From Octopus vulgaris (taxonomy: Eukaryota), in the NCBI GenBank assembly GCA_951406725.2, contig OX597834.1:9858001-9922000 (forward strand): a stretch of DNA of 64,000 nt. The letters run 5' to 3'. Below, piece by piece: positions 23,831-35,439 of this stretch (positions within the stretch are counted from its first letter, which is position 1; each line of letters starts with the position of its first letter). Made by a program: the position numbers and the translations under genes. The notes beneath the pieces were generated by a model. That model made no database searches and was not told the origin of the DNA. It worked only from the letters and a program-made list of their open reading frames with translations.

Positions 23831-25216
23831 ATATCAGTACTCAACAATTCTATGCGTTTTTCCAGCACCAGTAAGTGCACCTCCGTGACCTTAAGCAGTG
23901 TACAGTTCGCTTTCTTTACAACAGGAACCGCTGCTTCCATTCTCAATGATTTCTGCAATGAAGTTGCGTCAGATATGTTGTTGCGGTGTGATTTTTTGTG
24001 TTTGATGTCTTGTATAATATAGAATAGTTTTTATTGTTCTTATTTTATTTGGTGAATATATTCCGTACACGCTGTCTGATTGTTATGCGCTTCAGTGCTG
24101 GATGCTGAATGCGTTATTTGTACATCATAAATGGATAGAATCAGTAACGTTATGCCTTCTGCGAATTTTTGATATAATTCCGTATATTATTAGTATAGCT
24201 CTCATGCATTATTTTATTCCGTGTTGGCTGTGAATTTTATGCTTTCTGCGAATTGCCTTCATTTCAATGCATTGTTATCTGTATAAGTCATCCTTTAAAT
24301 AGAAATTTTCTTCGTTAGGAATCAGGCTATACATAGGAATTAGGCTAAACATTGCAGTACACTGTATGTCCCTGATCGATCTTCTGTTTTATGTCATATT
24401 TTTCCTATCAAATCTAGTACTCCACTTATCTTTTATTCTGTTGTATTTTTCCTGCCTATCATCATGGTCTTTTTGTCTCTCACTATATCTGTATTTTGAG
24501 AGGTTCTTCACTACCTGTCATACGATTTATTGCTTAGAAGAAAACGAGATAGCCATCAACATTCACCAATTCCGTTCTACTAATGGTTATTATATCTGAT
24601 CGTTTTCCCCTTGATCTCCAAATCGGTTAGGAATGGCATGGATCGGATAATTGTTTCCGGGTCTGTATCGTGTAACATATTTAGTACATGCCATAAAATG
24701 TCATGTCTATTTTCACGTTATAACATCGGAATATTAACCTGTCGCCATTGCTCCTAACAGGATGGTATATTTTGTCCTTAGCAACAGACTGGAAATTCAA
24801 GCAAAATCGCTTTCCGTATCAACCAAATGTGAAAGTACTTGTCAAAATCAGTTACGCTTGAAATTAATAGTTTCCTACAAATTATAAATATCGGGAAATG
24901 GATGCTGGCATGGTTGCGTAAAGGACTTTGATCCATCTACAATCATGTCATTCTGGATTTCATCATATAGTTTAGCTGTATAGCCATTTGACTCCAGCAC
25001 TACAGACTGGTCCTTGTGGTCGCAGATTTGGCCAGATCATCGCCAAGGCTGGCTCTTCAAAATACAGGTGCTACTCATTTTTGAGAACCGAATGGATTAG
25101 AGCATTTTAGGCAAAGTGTCTTGCGCAAGGAAAAAGCGAGTCGCTAAGAATTGAGCTAACGACCTTACCATCTTCTGCCGAATACTCTGACCACCAAGAT
25201 ATGTACATTCGCAAAC

Positions 25217-25256
<40 letters not shown>

Positions 25257-26511
25257 ACACACACATGCTCCTGCACAAACAATCTTGAATCTCTCAACAT
25301 GTTAACGAATGGAGCAGAGACTCATACAGTACCATTTAAATAAGTACCACTGATAATATTTTCCAATAACAGGGTTTTGAGAGCCTTACACTAAGAAGTT
25401 TTTTATTAGTATTTATAGAAAATTCAGACATGTGGGATGCTTCACAAAGATACAGAATACAAAATATCAGATATATGAAAATGAATGTCTGTATAAACAT
25501 ATATTTGCTGCTTGTCCGCCTACCCGCTAGCCAACTAACCTACATGCCTACCAGACAGCACTTAGCAGCATACCTGCTTGTGTGTATGTAGGCCACGTTT
25601 GTGCACCGATATACATGAAATATCATATAAGACCACAGATTTCGAAAAGTAGGGGTCATAGAGTCTAACTTCAATGGGAAATTTGTTCAAGAGGAAAAGA
25701 TGTAATGAATATTGTATACCTTTAAGCAGTGCAATACTCATTAGAAAATGACACTGATTAGGAAAATAATTCATTTAGGATAATTATGCAAATTAGTATA
25801 GAGCATAAAAAATCACTTCTCCAAGAAAATAACAAAAAAAAAAGTAAATTTTAAATAATCATATTTTGGGTTTTTCATTTGTTTACTTGTACCATCTTCG
25901 GAATTGGTTGATTACAATATTTTTGAGTGAATAAACAAATAGAATACCCCTCCCCCACTAGTTTACAAGTACACCCCTTTAAGCAAATTATCGAAAATTA
26001 TCCGGAATTCATATAACTATATTTCACATACAAATAAATCTGAGGAGGGCAAAGTCAATTATTCCTGCTGCTCGACATTCTTCAATGAGGTGAAGAATGA
26101 GAAAGATTAAAGCAATAGCGTTCAGTCTTTGACTCTATAGCTCGCGGAAAAATCAGATCTTTTAGTTTTCTCCTTCATGGGGAAATTTAATATTTTTGAA
26201 ATATCATATGAGACTTGTACGTTGATTACTCATCATGCATTAGTAAAGAACATTTATAAGTCATTTTTCAAGCAGCACGGTTAACAGTGCATTTTCTTAA
26301 TGCTTTAGTATATATTTTAAAAACCTTCAGTACACCTAGTTACTTGTGGAAGCAAACCGTCATCGGTCATGTGAAGCAGGACGAAATACTGTGTAAAATG
26401 TGGTTGTATGGTACATTGTTATTGACGTTACAAATCAATACCTATACTGACATTATTGTCGATCGGTGAAATAGCACCAGTAATATAAGTTGGGATATTA
26501 CTGGTACTATA

Positions 26512-26934
26512 CTGGCAGAAACGTTATTACGCCAGGAAAAATGCTTAGCGGCGAACTGGCAGAATGGTTAGCACGCCGGGCGAAATGCTTAGCGGTATTT
26601 CCTCTGCCGAGGTCAACTTTCCTTTCATCCTTTCGGGGTCGATAAATTAAGTACCACTTTCGTACTGGGGTCGATATAATCGACTTCATCCGTTTGTCTT
26701 TTCTTGTTTGTCCTCTCTGTGTTTAGCCCCTTGTGGGTAGTAACGAAATAGGTATTTCGTCTGCCGTTACATTCTGGGTTCAAATTCCGCCGAGGTCGAC
26801 TTTGCCTTTCATCATTTCAGGGTCGATAAATTAAGTACCAGTTACACACTGGGGTCGATGTAATCGACTTAATACCTATGTCTGTCCTTGTTTGTTCCCT
26901 CTGTGTTTGGCCCCTTTTGGGTAGTAAAGAAATA
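26512..26934 (+). mobile_element. Composite SINE family A (doubled head, doubled tail)
   Basis: Head ..GCTTAGC|GGCGAACTGGCAG at 26550; first tail ..GAAATA|GGTATTTCGTCTGCCG at 26751; second tail ends in (TA)n. Confidence 0.85.
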
Positions 26935-27699
26935 TATATATATATATATATATTGAATTAAAATCGGTTTTCTTATGTCACTATTAATTCTTAATCAGTT
27001 TCAAATTCTTTGAGAACTTTTTCTGCTTGTAATCCTAAAGTCTTAAATATTCAGTTTACGTTACTTTTATAAATTTCACTTATATTTAACATACTTAAGG
27101 AAAAAATATGAATGTAAAAAGAATTATTACTGTGAGAAAATAAGAAAACGTTAGTTATTCAAAGGAGGGGTGACAACTCTAAATATCTTTTAGTGTATCG
27201 TGACATCATCAGCGAAGCATACATTTAACAGATGTTAACCATATTTTGATGAAATAATCTTTAAGTAAATATATAGAATTAATCTAAATCACAGAATGTA
27301 AAATGTTCTTAAATGAAAAGCAAGGAAGCATTTTTTTAATATTTCATGTATTACGTTCTTATCTCTCAGTAGAATCGCTTCCGCATTCAAGTACACATGC
27401 GCGTACGCAAACCCTAATAGACACACAAAAATAAAACATAGATATAAATATATAGAATATGCAAATATATTAGCAAAATCTATTGCATTCTTCTTAGTAC
27501 TAATATTGCTACGTTTTATTAGCGTGATTGCTTTGTCGAATATGTAGCAAAGAGCCAGAAAAGAGAATATTAGAATTTATTAATCATTAATTTTCTTTTA
27601 AAAGAACCGATTGCTCGAGAATAAATAATATTCAACATGATTACACTTATTGACTGTAAGACAGTAACATTTCTATTCTATTCTTTTAGATACACAATA

Positions 27700-27860
27700 T
27701 ATCATCAACTTCATCATCATCATCAACTTCATCATCATCATCATCAACAACAACACATTATCGTCCTTCTCACCCCCCTCATTATCATCGGTTCTGTGGT
27801 AGTCATAGATTATTATTAGTTTTATTATTTTTATAATTATTATTATTATCATTATTATCA

Positions 27861-27904
<44 letters not shown>

Positions 27905-27905
27905 T
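27700..27905. repeat. (CAT)n and (ATT)n repeats
   Basis: Direct reading. Confidence 0.9.
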
Positions 27906-28149
27906 ATTGAATAGTCTTACATTTATAAGTGCTTTCACTGCAAAACGGAGTGCATGTTTTGGTGAAGTTCTTTGCTTCCTTCTTATATTTTCCGTTGCAT
28001 GGGCAATATCTTAAGCAATAGAGGTGCAGCACCAATTATATTTGCTTCTTTGCTTTTTTTCTGTATAATTTTTCTGCATTTCGATGTCCCGAGATTTCGT
28101 TTATGCTTTTTACTACAATATTCTTAATTATTTTAGAGGACGGTGTTAT

Positions 28150-28420
28150 TACAGTTACGGCATCTCTTTACAGCCTCTCACATTCCATTAATTTATTTTG
28201 TCTATTTTCCAGATCTTTTATATTTGGATAATTTCTCCATTTCTCTTAGAGAAATATTTTCGTACCTCAGAGCTGGTCTTTCGATTATGATTTATTTCTA
28301 TTACTGGTGGTCCTTAGCAACGATATTCAGTTGTTTACCATGTGTACAGATTCCCTTAGTTACTTTTACATTCTCTGAAACCTTTGCGATGTAGGTGAAT
28401 AAAACCAGTTTTCTGATGGT
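28150..28420 (-). mobile_element. Highly degenerate R4/Dong RLE-domain fragment
   Basis: Minus pieces KNW, SENVKVT, NIVAKDHQ, ENISLREMEKLSKY(K)DL are colinear with the recalled R4/Dong motif order KNWYEH..ENDKVT..RPDIVVKD..KEMEKLSKYKDL. Confidence 0.6.
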
Positions 28421-29070
28421 GTTTTAGGATGCTGACAAGACTTGTGCACGTGGAAGCCTAATATTATCTTGATAGTAGATGAGTACTTACTTGTGTTAAT
28501 GTACGCAGCCAGAAGCATTGTGGTTAAGTGTTCTACCCAGTGAATTTCATGTGATTATAAATTGTTATATAACTTCAGGCCAGCTTTACATGGAAACATA
28601 TGTAATATGTATTTACCCACTCCATTCCCTACATACACACACACACAAGCACGCATCCATGCACACATGAACATATACACGTTGATAGAACGCAGCGAAA
28701 AAGGAACGTAAAACAGATACTTGAAGCCGTGCAAATCAACGTAAAAAGTAAGGGGAGGCCGCGAGTGTGATGGTTGGGTAACAACCGTAGTCTCAGCTGG
28801 TTACACATGGGAATCCAGCAGAACCTGTGAATGAGGTAGCTTCTACTGGAATCCTATAGAAGAGGTGCCTGAGAACTTAGGACCATTCTAGGAATAGGTG
28901 CGGCGAAAAGGGATGGATGGATGGATGGTAATACTCAAGAGCTTCAATCTGTACTTCAGTTATATAATGTTTTCTGCTTCATTGCAAGCCTTTGGTTCAT
29001 TCTCATAGGAAAGAGTTGATCCTGTGATGCAATCAATATGACTTGACTTTAAATACTGCTTGAATTTAAA

Positions 29071-29520
29071 TACTTTATTACCCACAAGGGGCTAAACATA
29101 GAGGGGACAAACAAGGACAGACATAGGTGTTAAGTCTATTACATCAACCCCAGTGCGTAACTGGTACTTAATTTATCGACCCCGAAAGGATGAAAGGCAA
29201 AGTCGACCACGGCGGAATTTGAACTCACAACGAAACGGCAGAAAACATGCCTATGTCTTTATACTGCTTGAATTTAAATACTTTATTACCCACAAGGGGC
29301 TAAACATAGAGGGGACAAACAAGGACAGACATAGGTGTTAAGTCTATTACATCAACCCCAGTGCGTAACTGGTACTTAATTTATCGACCCCGAAAGGATG
29401 AAAGGCAAAGTCGACCTCGGCGGAATTTGAACTCATGACGTAACGGCAGACGAAATACTGCTAACCATTCTGCCAGTTCGCCGCTAAGCATTTCTCCTGG
29501 CGTGCTAACGCTTCTGCCAG
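29071..29520 (-). mobile_element. Composite SINE family A (doubled head, two bodies)
   Basis: Same doubled head as 26512; CTTTAAATACTG at 29048-29059 and 29521-29532. Confidence 0.85.
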
Positions 29521-30767
29521 CTTTAAATACTGGTCTATTGCAATGTTAGAGGGATGCATTAAACTAATCCATCTCGACTTTCTAACAACCGTATAGCGCG
29601 GCTTTAATTAAGATTTGTCTTACCATCACATTGAAGTTCTTGTCTAGATCTAGCAGGTGGAATCTGTCTTCTTTGTATCAACTATTTTATACAATCATAG
29701 TTGTTATATAAACATAGTACAACAATGAGGATATTAGTAAGCAGTTCCTACACGTTTTACCCAATTTTGTTTGCAAGATAAAATATTGTCAGAACTACAG
29801 ATAGTCTAACAGACATGGGCGGGACGTAAATATCGATAAACAGGGATGGTAATTTCAGCTGTTTGATAGATTCAAGAAATAGCCGCCATTAGTAATGAAA
29901 CCGAAAGACGAAACCCAGCAAACGATAATAATGAAAATTCACAGACGCCAAAACTATGTTAACTAAGACAGATTATGCAATCGCGGCTGCAGTATCAAAA
30001 TGAAGCCACTTAAAACTCCATATTGTTGATATTCAAGCATCTGGTAATGCTGACAGAATAATTGCACCAATAAAGAAACCTGCATTGCACATGTTCAAAT
30101 TATCTTTAGTTTAAATACTTTTAGACGGGTAGGTGTGAAATTTGCTGCCTTTTGAGATAATTATAATTTATGAAAATCTCCAAATATCTTTAGTTCAAAA
30201 GACTAGCATTAAGCAGGCGTATCAAAGGATAGAGGTAATGTTTATTTTATACATTGACTTTATTTAACTGATGCATGGTAGTTAATATACAGCACTCGTC
30301 GGTCTTGCAGCATCATTATGTGGGATTAGATCAATTAATCTTGTACAGTAAAAACACACATTCCTGCTTGCGTGCGTAAAAACAAACGTTCAATTAGAAA
30401 TATACAGAATAACGCATACACACATAAATATATGTAGAAGCATAGACAAGCATATGAAGAGGAAACATGCTTAAATATAGACACAAAATGTTGCATACAG
30501 ACAAACGCGCGCATAAGCAGACACACATATGTTGAAATATATATGTATGTATGTATGTATGTGTAGCATTGGTGTACCGTTAATTGTACAGCTGCTTCTG
30601 TGTGAATTAGAGATTCATGTAGATTGTCTAGTTAGCCTGGAAGATAGTGATTTCTTGGCCATTGTATATAGAAGTGTTACTAGTTGTGATATAGAGAGTA
30701 ATGTAATGGAAAATTAAAATAAACACACAAACACCAGGCGCCAAGCAATGGTGTGGAACAATAACCA

Positions 30768-30769
<2 letters not shown>

Positions 30770-30854
<85 letters not shown>

Positions 30855-30855
30855 T
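30770..30855. repeat. (CA)n(TA)n microsatellite
   Basis: Direct reading. Confidence 0.95.
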
Positions 30856-31445
30856 GTCGGTCTCCTTTAGCTAACTCTCCATAAAAGAGTTGTTTTAGCA
30901 TCCTTGAATCCTTCATTCTGACCAAAAAAGAGGTATAAAAACTTGCTGAAGGCTTCCTTAAGAGATGCTTGCAACTCTCCTGACACATGGGCAGGCATAG
31001 CTATTGATCGTAGCAGGTGGAGAAGGATTGTGCGTGAGGGGACAGACACTTTTTGAGAAATCTCGAGTTGCACATGAGAAAGTAAGGAGGGATGTCAGGA
31101 AGGGCATCGCTGTTACACTTCTAGAAGGGAAGGGTCTTCCTTTGATGCTGACATGCAGTGTCTGTGCAAGACCCTGCCTCAGTAAAGCTGGACTCAAGAG
31201 TCATCTTCGTAGTCATAAAACGAGACAGATGAGTGACAACCTGGCCACCATATTAATCATATCTGTCGGGCATGTGGAAGAGAGTGTAATTCGGCAGGAG
31301 GACTTAAACGACATGCAAAGGTACATGAAGCCCAGTTAAAACTACAGCCGGCTATTACCAGTAAAGCTTTTAGTTGCCAATTTGTACAAGACATTGTAGA
31401 TCTTTAGCTGGGCTAAAAAGTCACATTCGATCACAGCACCAATAA
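30856..31445 (+). mobile_element. RTE-clade LINE 3' fragment with 5' inversion and three C2H2 zinc fingers
   Basis: Minus 30923-30856: VRMKDSRMLKQLFYGELAKGDR; plus from 30922: PKKRYKNLLKASL..WAGIAIDRSRWRRIVREG; then CSVCARPCLSKAGLKSHLRSH, CRACGRECNSAGGLKRHAKVH and, after a 1-nt frameshift, CQF(C)TRHCRSLAGLKSHIRSQH. Confidence 0.85.
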
Positions 31446-31585
31446 CAGTTAAGCTTCGTGCAATGGCCATACTCGATAACGAGGGGGCAGCCATAATAAT
31501 AATGTATGTATGCCTTTTCCTCGGTTAACGTAAGTGGCGTGGAGAAGGGAGACAGGAATGCATGATATGAAATAACTGGTATATA

Positions 31586-31980
31586 GGTATGAGTGGCTGT
31601 GTGGTAAGTAGCTTGCTTACGAACCACATGGTTCCGGGTTCAGTCCCACTGCGTGGCACATTGGGCAACTGCCTTCTACTATAGCCTCGGGCCGACCAAA
31701 GCCTTGTGAGTGGATTTGGTAGACAGAAACTGAAAGAAGCCCGTCGTATACATATATATGTATGTGTGTGTATATGTTTGTGTGCCTGTGTTTGTCCCCC
31801 CAACATCGCTTGACAACCGATGCTGGTGTGTTTACATTCCCGTAACTTAGCGGGTCGGCAAAAGAGTCCGATAGAATAGGTACTGGGCTTACAAATGAAT
31901 AAGTCCCGGGGTCGAGTTGCTTGATTAAAGGCGGTGCTCCAGCATGGCCGCAATCAACTGACTGATACAAGTGAAAGAGA
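31586..31980 (+). mobile_element. SINE family B, full length
   Basis: Colinear with 6051-6458. Confidence 0.9.
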
Positions 31981-31983
31981 GAA

Positions 31984-32042
<59 letters not shown>

Positions 32043-32409
32043 ATTAAGTCCCGAGGTCTTTATCTGTTTATTTGAATTATTGTCTCTGTATATGTCTACG
32101 TAAATAAACCGGCAAACAGACGTACGTACGATTGTGTAGGAATACATGAATATAAATCTTAGTTTTACACGCTTACCTATTCAGTGCTTCTGGTTGGCAA
32201 TTTGCCAGTAATTAAGCATTATGCAGGTATCTTTATTCACCTGTATTTTATATCACGGCTGCAGGAATCTCCATTAATATAATCAACGGAAATATCTTCA
32301 ACTTGGATAGATAAATAAAAGACTGAGAACAATGATGAACAGGATGCCTGCAGTATCTCTTTACATTTGGTTACGTCTCCAGTTCTAATCTATCTACATC
32401 TTTTACTAC

Positions 32410-32746
32410 ACACTCTATCTTTCTCTCTCTCTTTCTTTCTCTCTTTTCTTTCTTTCTCTCTCTGTCTGGCTTTACCACCTCTCTCTCTTTCCCCCCTTTC
32501 TCTTTCTCTCTTTCTTTCTCTCTCTTTTCTTTCTCTCTCTCTTTCTTGTATCTCTATCTTCTTTCTTCTCCCACTTTCTCTCTCTGCTTTCTTCTCTCTC
32601 TCTTTTCTTTCTCTCTCTCTTCTTTCTTCTTCTTTTCTCTCTTTCTCTTTTCTTTCTCTCTGTCTCTTTCTTTCTTTCTCTCTGTCTCTTTCTTTCTTTC
32701 TCTCTCTCTCTTTCCTTCTCTCTATCTCTTTCTTTCTCTCTCTCTT

Positions 32747-32797
<51 letters not shown>
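32410..32797. repeat. ~390-bp CT/CTTT polypyrimidine array
   Basis: Direct reading. Confidence 0.95.
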
Positions 32798-32798
<1 letters not shown>

Positions 32799-33099
32799 CG
32801 TCTGTCTTATCATTCCAGGTACGACTGAAGAAATTCAAGTTAGCAAAGCAAGTAGATTATACAGTTTGTATTATGTTTAATATGCGTTGCAATTCTTCCG
32901 GTTCTGAAATACCGTGTTTTCAAGGTAGAAAATGCGTAAATTGGCGTATTTTGATACGCCTTTACAGTTTCAAATTTCTACACCTGTTTGGGGTTTCACC
33001 TTGATTTACAAACCTTCTGGAAATCCGGTAGTATTCCGCCCCTAAATGTGCGTTTGCACTCAATATGTAAAAGTCATCATTTGTAGAGTAACCGCATCA

Positions 33100-33105
33100 G
33101 CAATA

Positions 33106-33153
<48 letters not shown>

Positions 33154-33674
33154 GCCACTACTACTACTACTACTACTACCACCATCATCACTGCTACAAC
33201 TGTCACCTTCACCACCGCCACAAACACCGCAACAATATTTTCACTACTACTACTGCTGGTGCTGCTGTTGCTACTACTTCTGTTGAAGCTCATGTTGTGA
33301 CAGCTATTATTACTACTACTACTACTACAGCAACTAATATTTCCACTACCATCACAACAATAACTGCTGCTGCTGCTGCTACTATTACCACCACCACCAC
33401 CACTAACACACTCCCACAACTGCATCTATTAATATAACTACTACCACTATTACTACTACCACCACTACTGTCACCACCACCACCACCGCCGCACACACCA
33501 CAACACTATTTTTTACTATTACTACTACTGCTGCTAATGCTGCTACTACTATTACTACTACTACTACTACTACTAATAATAATAATAATGATAATAATAA
33601 TTTTGTTACTACTTCTGGTGAGGCTGCTATTTCTGTTACAACTAACCTTTCCACTACCAACACAGTATTAATTA

Positions 33675-33753
<79 letters not shown>

Positions 33754-33760
33754 TGGTGTT
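33100..33760. repeat. Trinucleotide mosaic (ACT/ACC/GCT/AAT)
   Basis: Direct reading. Confidence 0.9.
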
Positions 33761-34327
33761 TTTAGTTTTATATTTGCCGTCGGTGTATCTGTTGCTAATT
33801 GAATAACGAATGGTTTATGTATCACAAATTCCTATCTGCTCAGGCATTGCTTCGTATCACTTGACTAGCTTTCTCGTTATTTGGAATCATCAACTTTTTT
33901 CTTTGGGGATTTATTTATTTTTTTATTTATTTATTTTTTTGCATTGATTAATATTCTTTTTTCGCTGCAGGAAATGTGAAACGTTGAATAAAATTCGCTT
34001 CAGGCTTCTTGCGTTCTGATTTCGAATGCAACCTGAATTTATTCTATTCTATGACATTCGTTCTTCCGAAGATCGATGAAATAAAGTACTCCTTAAATAG
34101 AGAGACAGGTATATTCGACTATCCTCTTTCTTACCAAAATAGCTGAAGCATTATACTTCATCTCTGTCTTATGCGTCACACGTGACACGCAGGACTTCCC
34201 TGGCATCCATGCATCATATGTAATATTAATTCGCCATTTTTTTTTTTTTTTTAAACCGCCCAGATTAACACAGGAGTTGTGAATGAATAAAAACTGATAG
34301 TACTCCTCAGATGGTATGAAGTAAGAA

Positions 34328-34742
34328 GGCGGTGAGCTGGCAGAAACGTTAGCACGCCGGGCGAAATGCTTAGCGGTATTTCGTCTGCCGTTACGTTGTG
34401 AGTTCAAATTCCGCCGAGGTTGACTTTGCCTTTCATACTTTCGAGGTCGATAAATTAAGTACCAGTTACGCACTGGGGTCGATGTAATCGACTTAATACC
34501 TATGTCTGTCCTTGTTTGTCCCCCTCTGTGTTTAGCCCCTTGTGGGTAATAAAGAAATAGGTATTTCGTCTGCCGTTACGTTATGAGTTCAAATTCCGCC
34601 GAGGTCGACTTTGCCTTTCATCCTTTCGGGGTCATAAATTAAGTACCAGTTACGCACTGGTGTCGATGTAATCGACTTAATACCTATGTCTGTCCTTCTT
34701 TGTCACCTCTGTGTTCAGCCCCTTGTGGGTAATAAAGAAATA
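34328..34742 (+). mobile_element. SINE family A dimer with 13-bp TSD
   Basis: TSD GGTATGAAGTAAG at 34313-34325 and 34743-34755; second unit starts GGTATTTCGTCTGCCG at 34560. Confidence 0.9.
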
Positions 34743-35207
34743 GGTATGAAGTAAGGGTTAACTAAACTTCAAAACCTGAATGGACGTTTTGGAAAAACTT
34801 AAGAAAATATTTGGGACAGGCAGGTAGATAAAACTCAATGTAATCAATGGTATCGGAGAGAGAGATTGTAAAACCCCTGAAAGAAAAAAAGTAAAACAGA
34901 AATATTTTCGCGCTCTGTCATGTTCTTATTTCATATCCACCCGAGATTAAATTAACATTCTATGATTTAAAGTACTCCTTAAATAGAGAGACAGGTATAT
35001 TCGACTATCCTCTTTCTTACCAAAATAGTTGAAGTATTATACTTCATCTCTGTCTTATGCGTCACACGTGACGCGCAGGACTTCCCTGGCACCCATACAT
35101 AATATGTAATATTAATTCGCCATTTTTTTTTTAAACCGCCCAGATTAACACAGGAGTTGTGAATGAATAAAAACTGATAGTACTCCTCAGATGGTATGAA
35201 GTAAGAA

Positions 35208-35439
35208 GGCGGCGAGCTGGCAGAAACGTTAGCACGCCGGGCGAAATGCTTAGTGGTATTTCGTCTGCCGTTACGTTGTGAGTTCAAATTCCGCCGAGGT
35301 TGACTTTGCCTTTCGTCCTTTCGGGGTCGATAAATCAAGTACCAGTTACGCACTGGAATCGATGTAATCGACTTAATACCTATGCCTGTCCTTGTTTGTC
35401 CCCCTCTGTGTTCAGCCCCTTGTGGGTAATAAAGAAATA
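35208..35439 (+). mobile_element. SINE family A monomer with 13-bp TSD
   Basis: TSD GGTATGAAGTAAG at 35193-35205 and 35440-35452. Confidence 0.9.

Noticed and set aside
32367-33825. Leu/Ser/Phe-rich, Arg/Glu-rich and poly-Val/Thr ORFs
   Set aside because: Produced by CT and trinucleotide arrays; no domain or splice support.
34093-35353. Repeated MRNWYLIYRPRKDERQS.. ORFs (also at 26507, 29153, 59575)
   Set aside because: Antisense reading of SINE family A, not a gene family.
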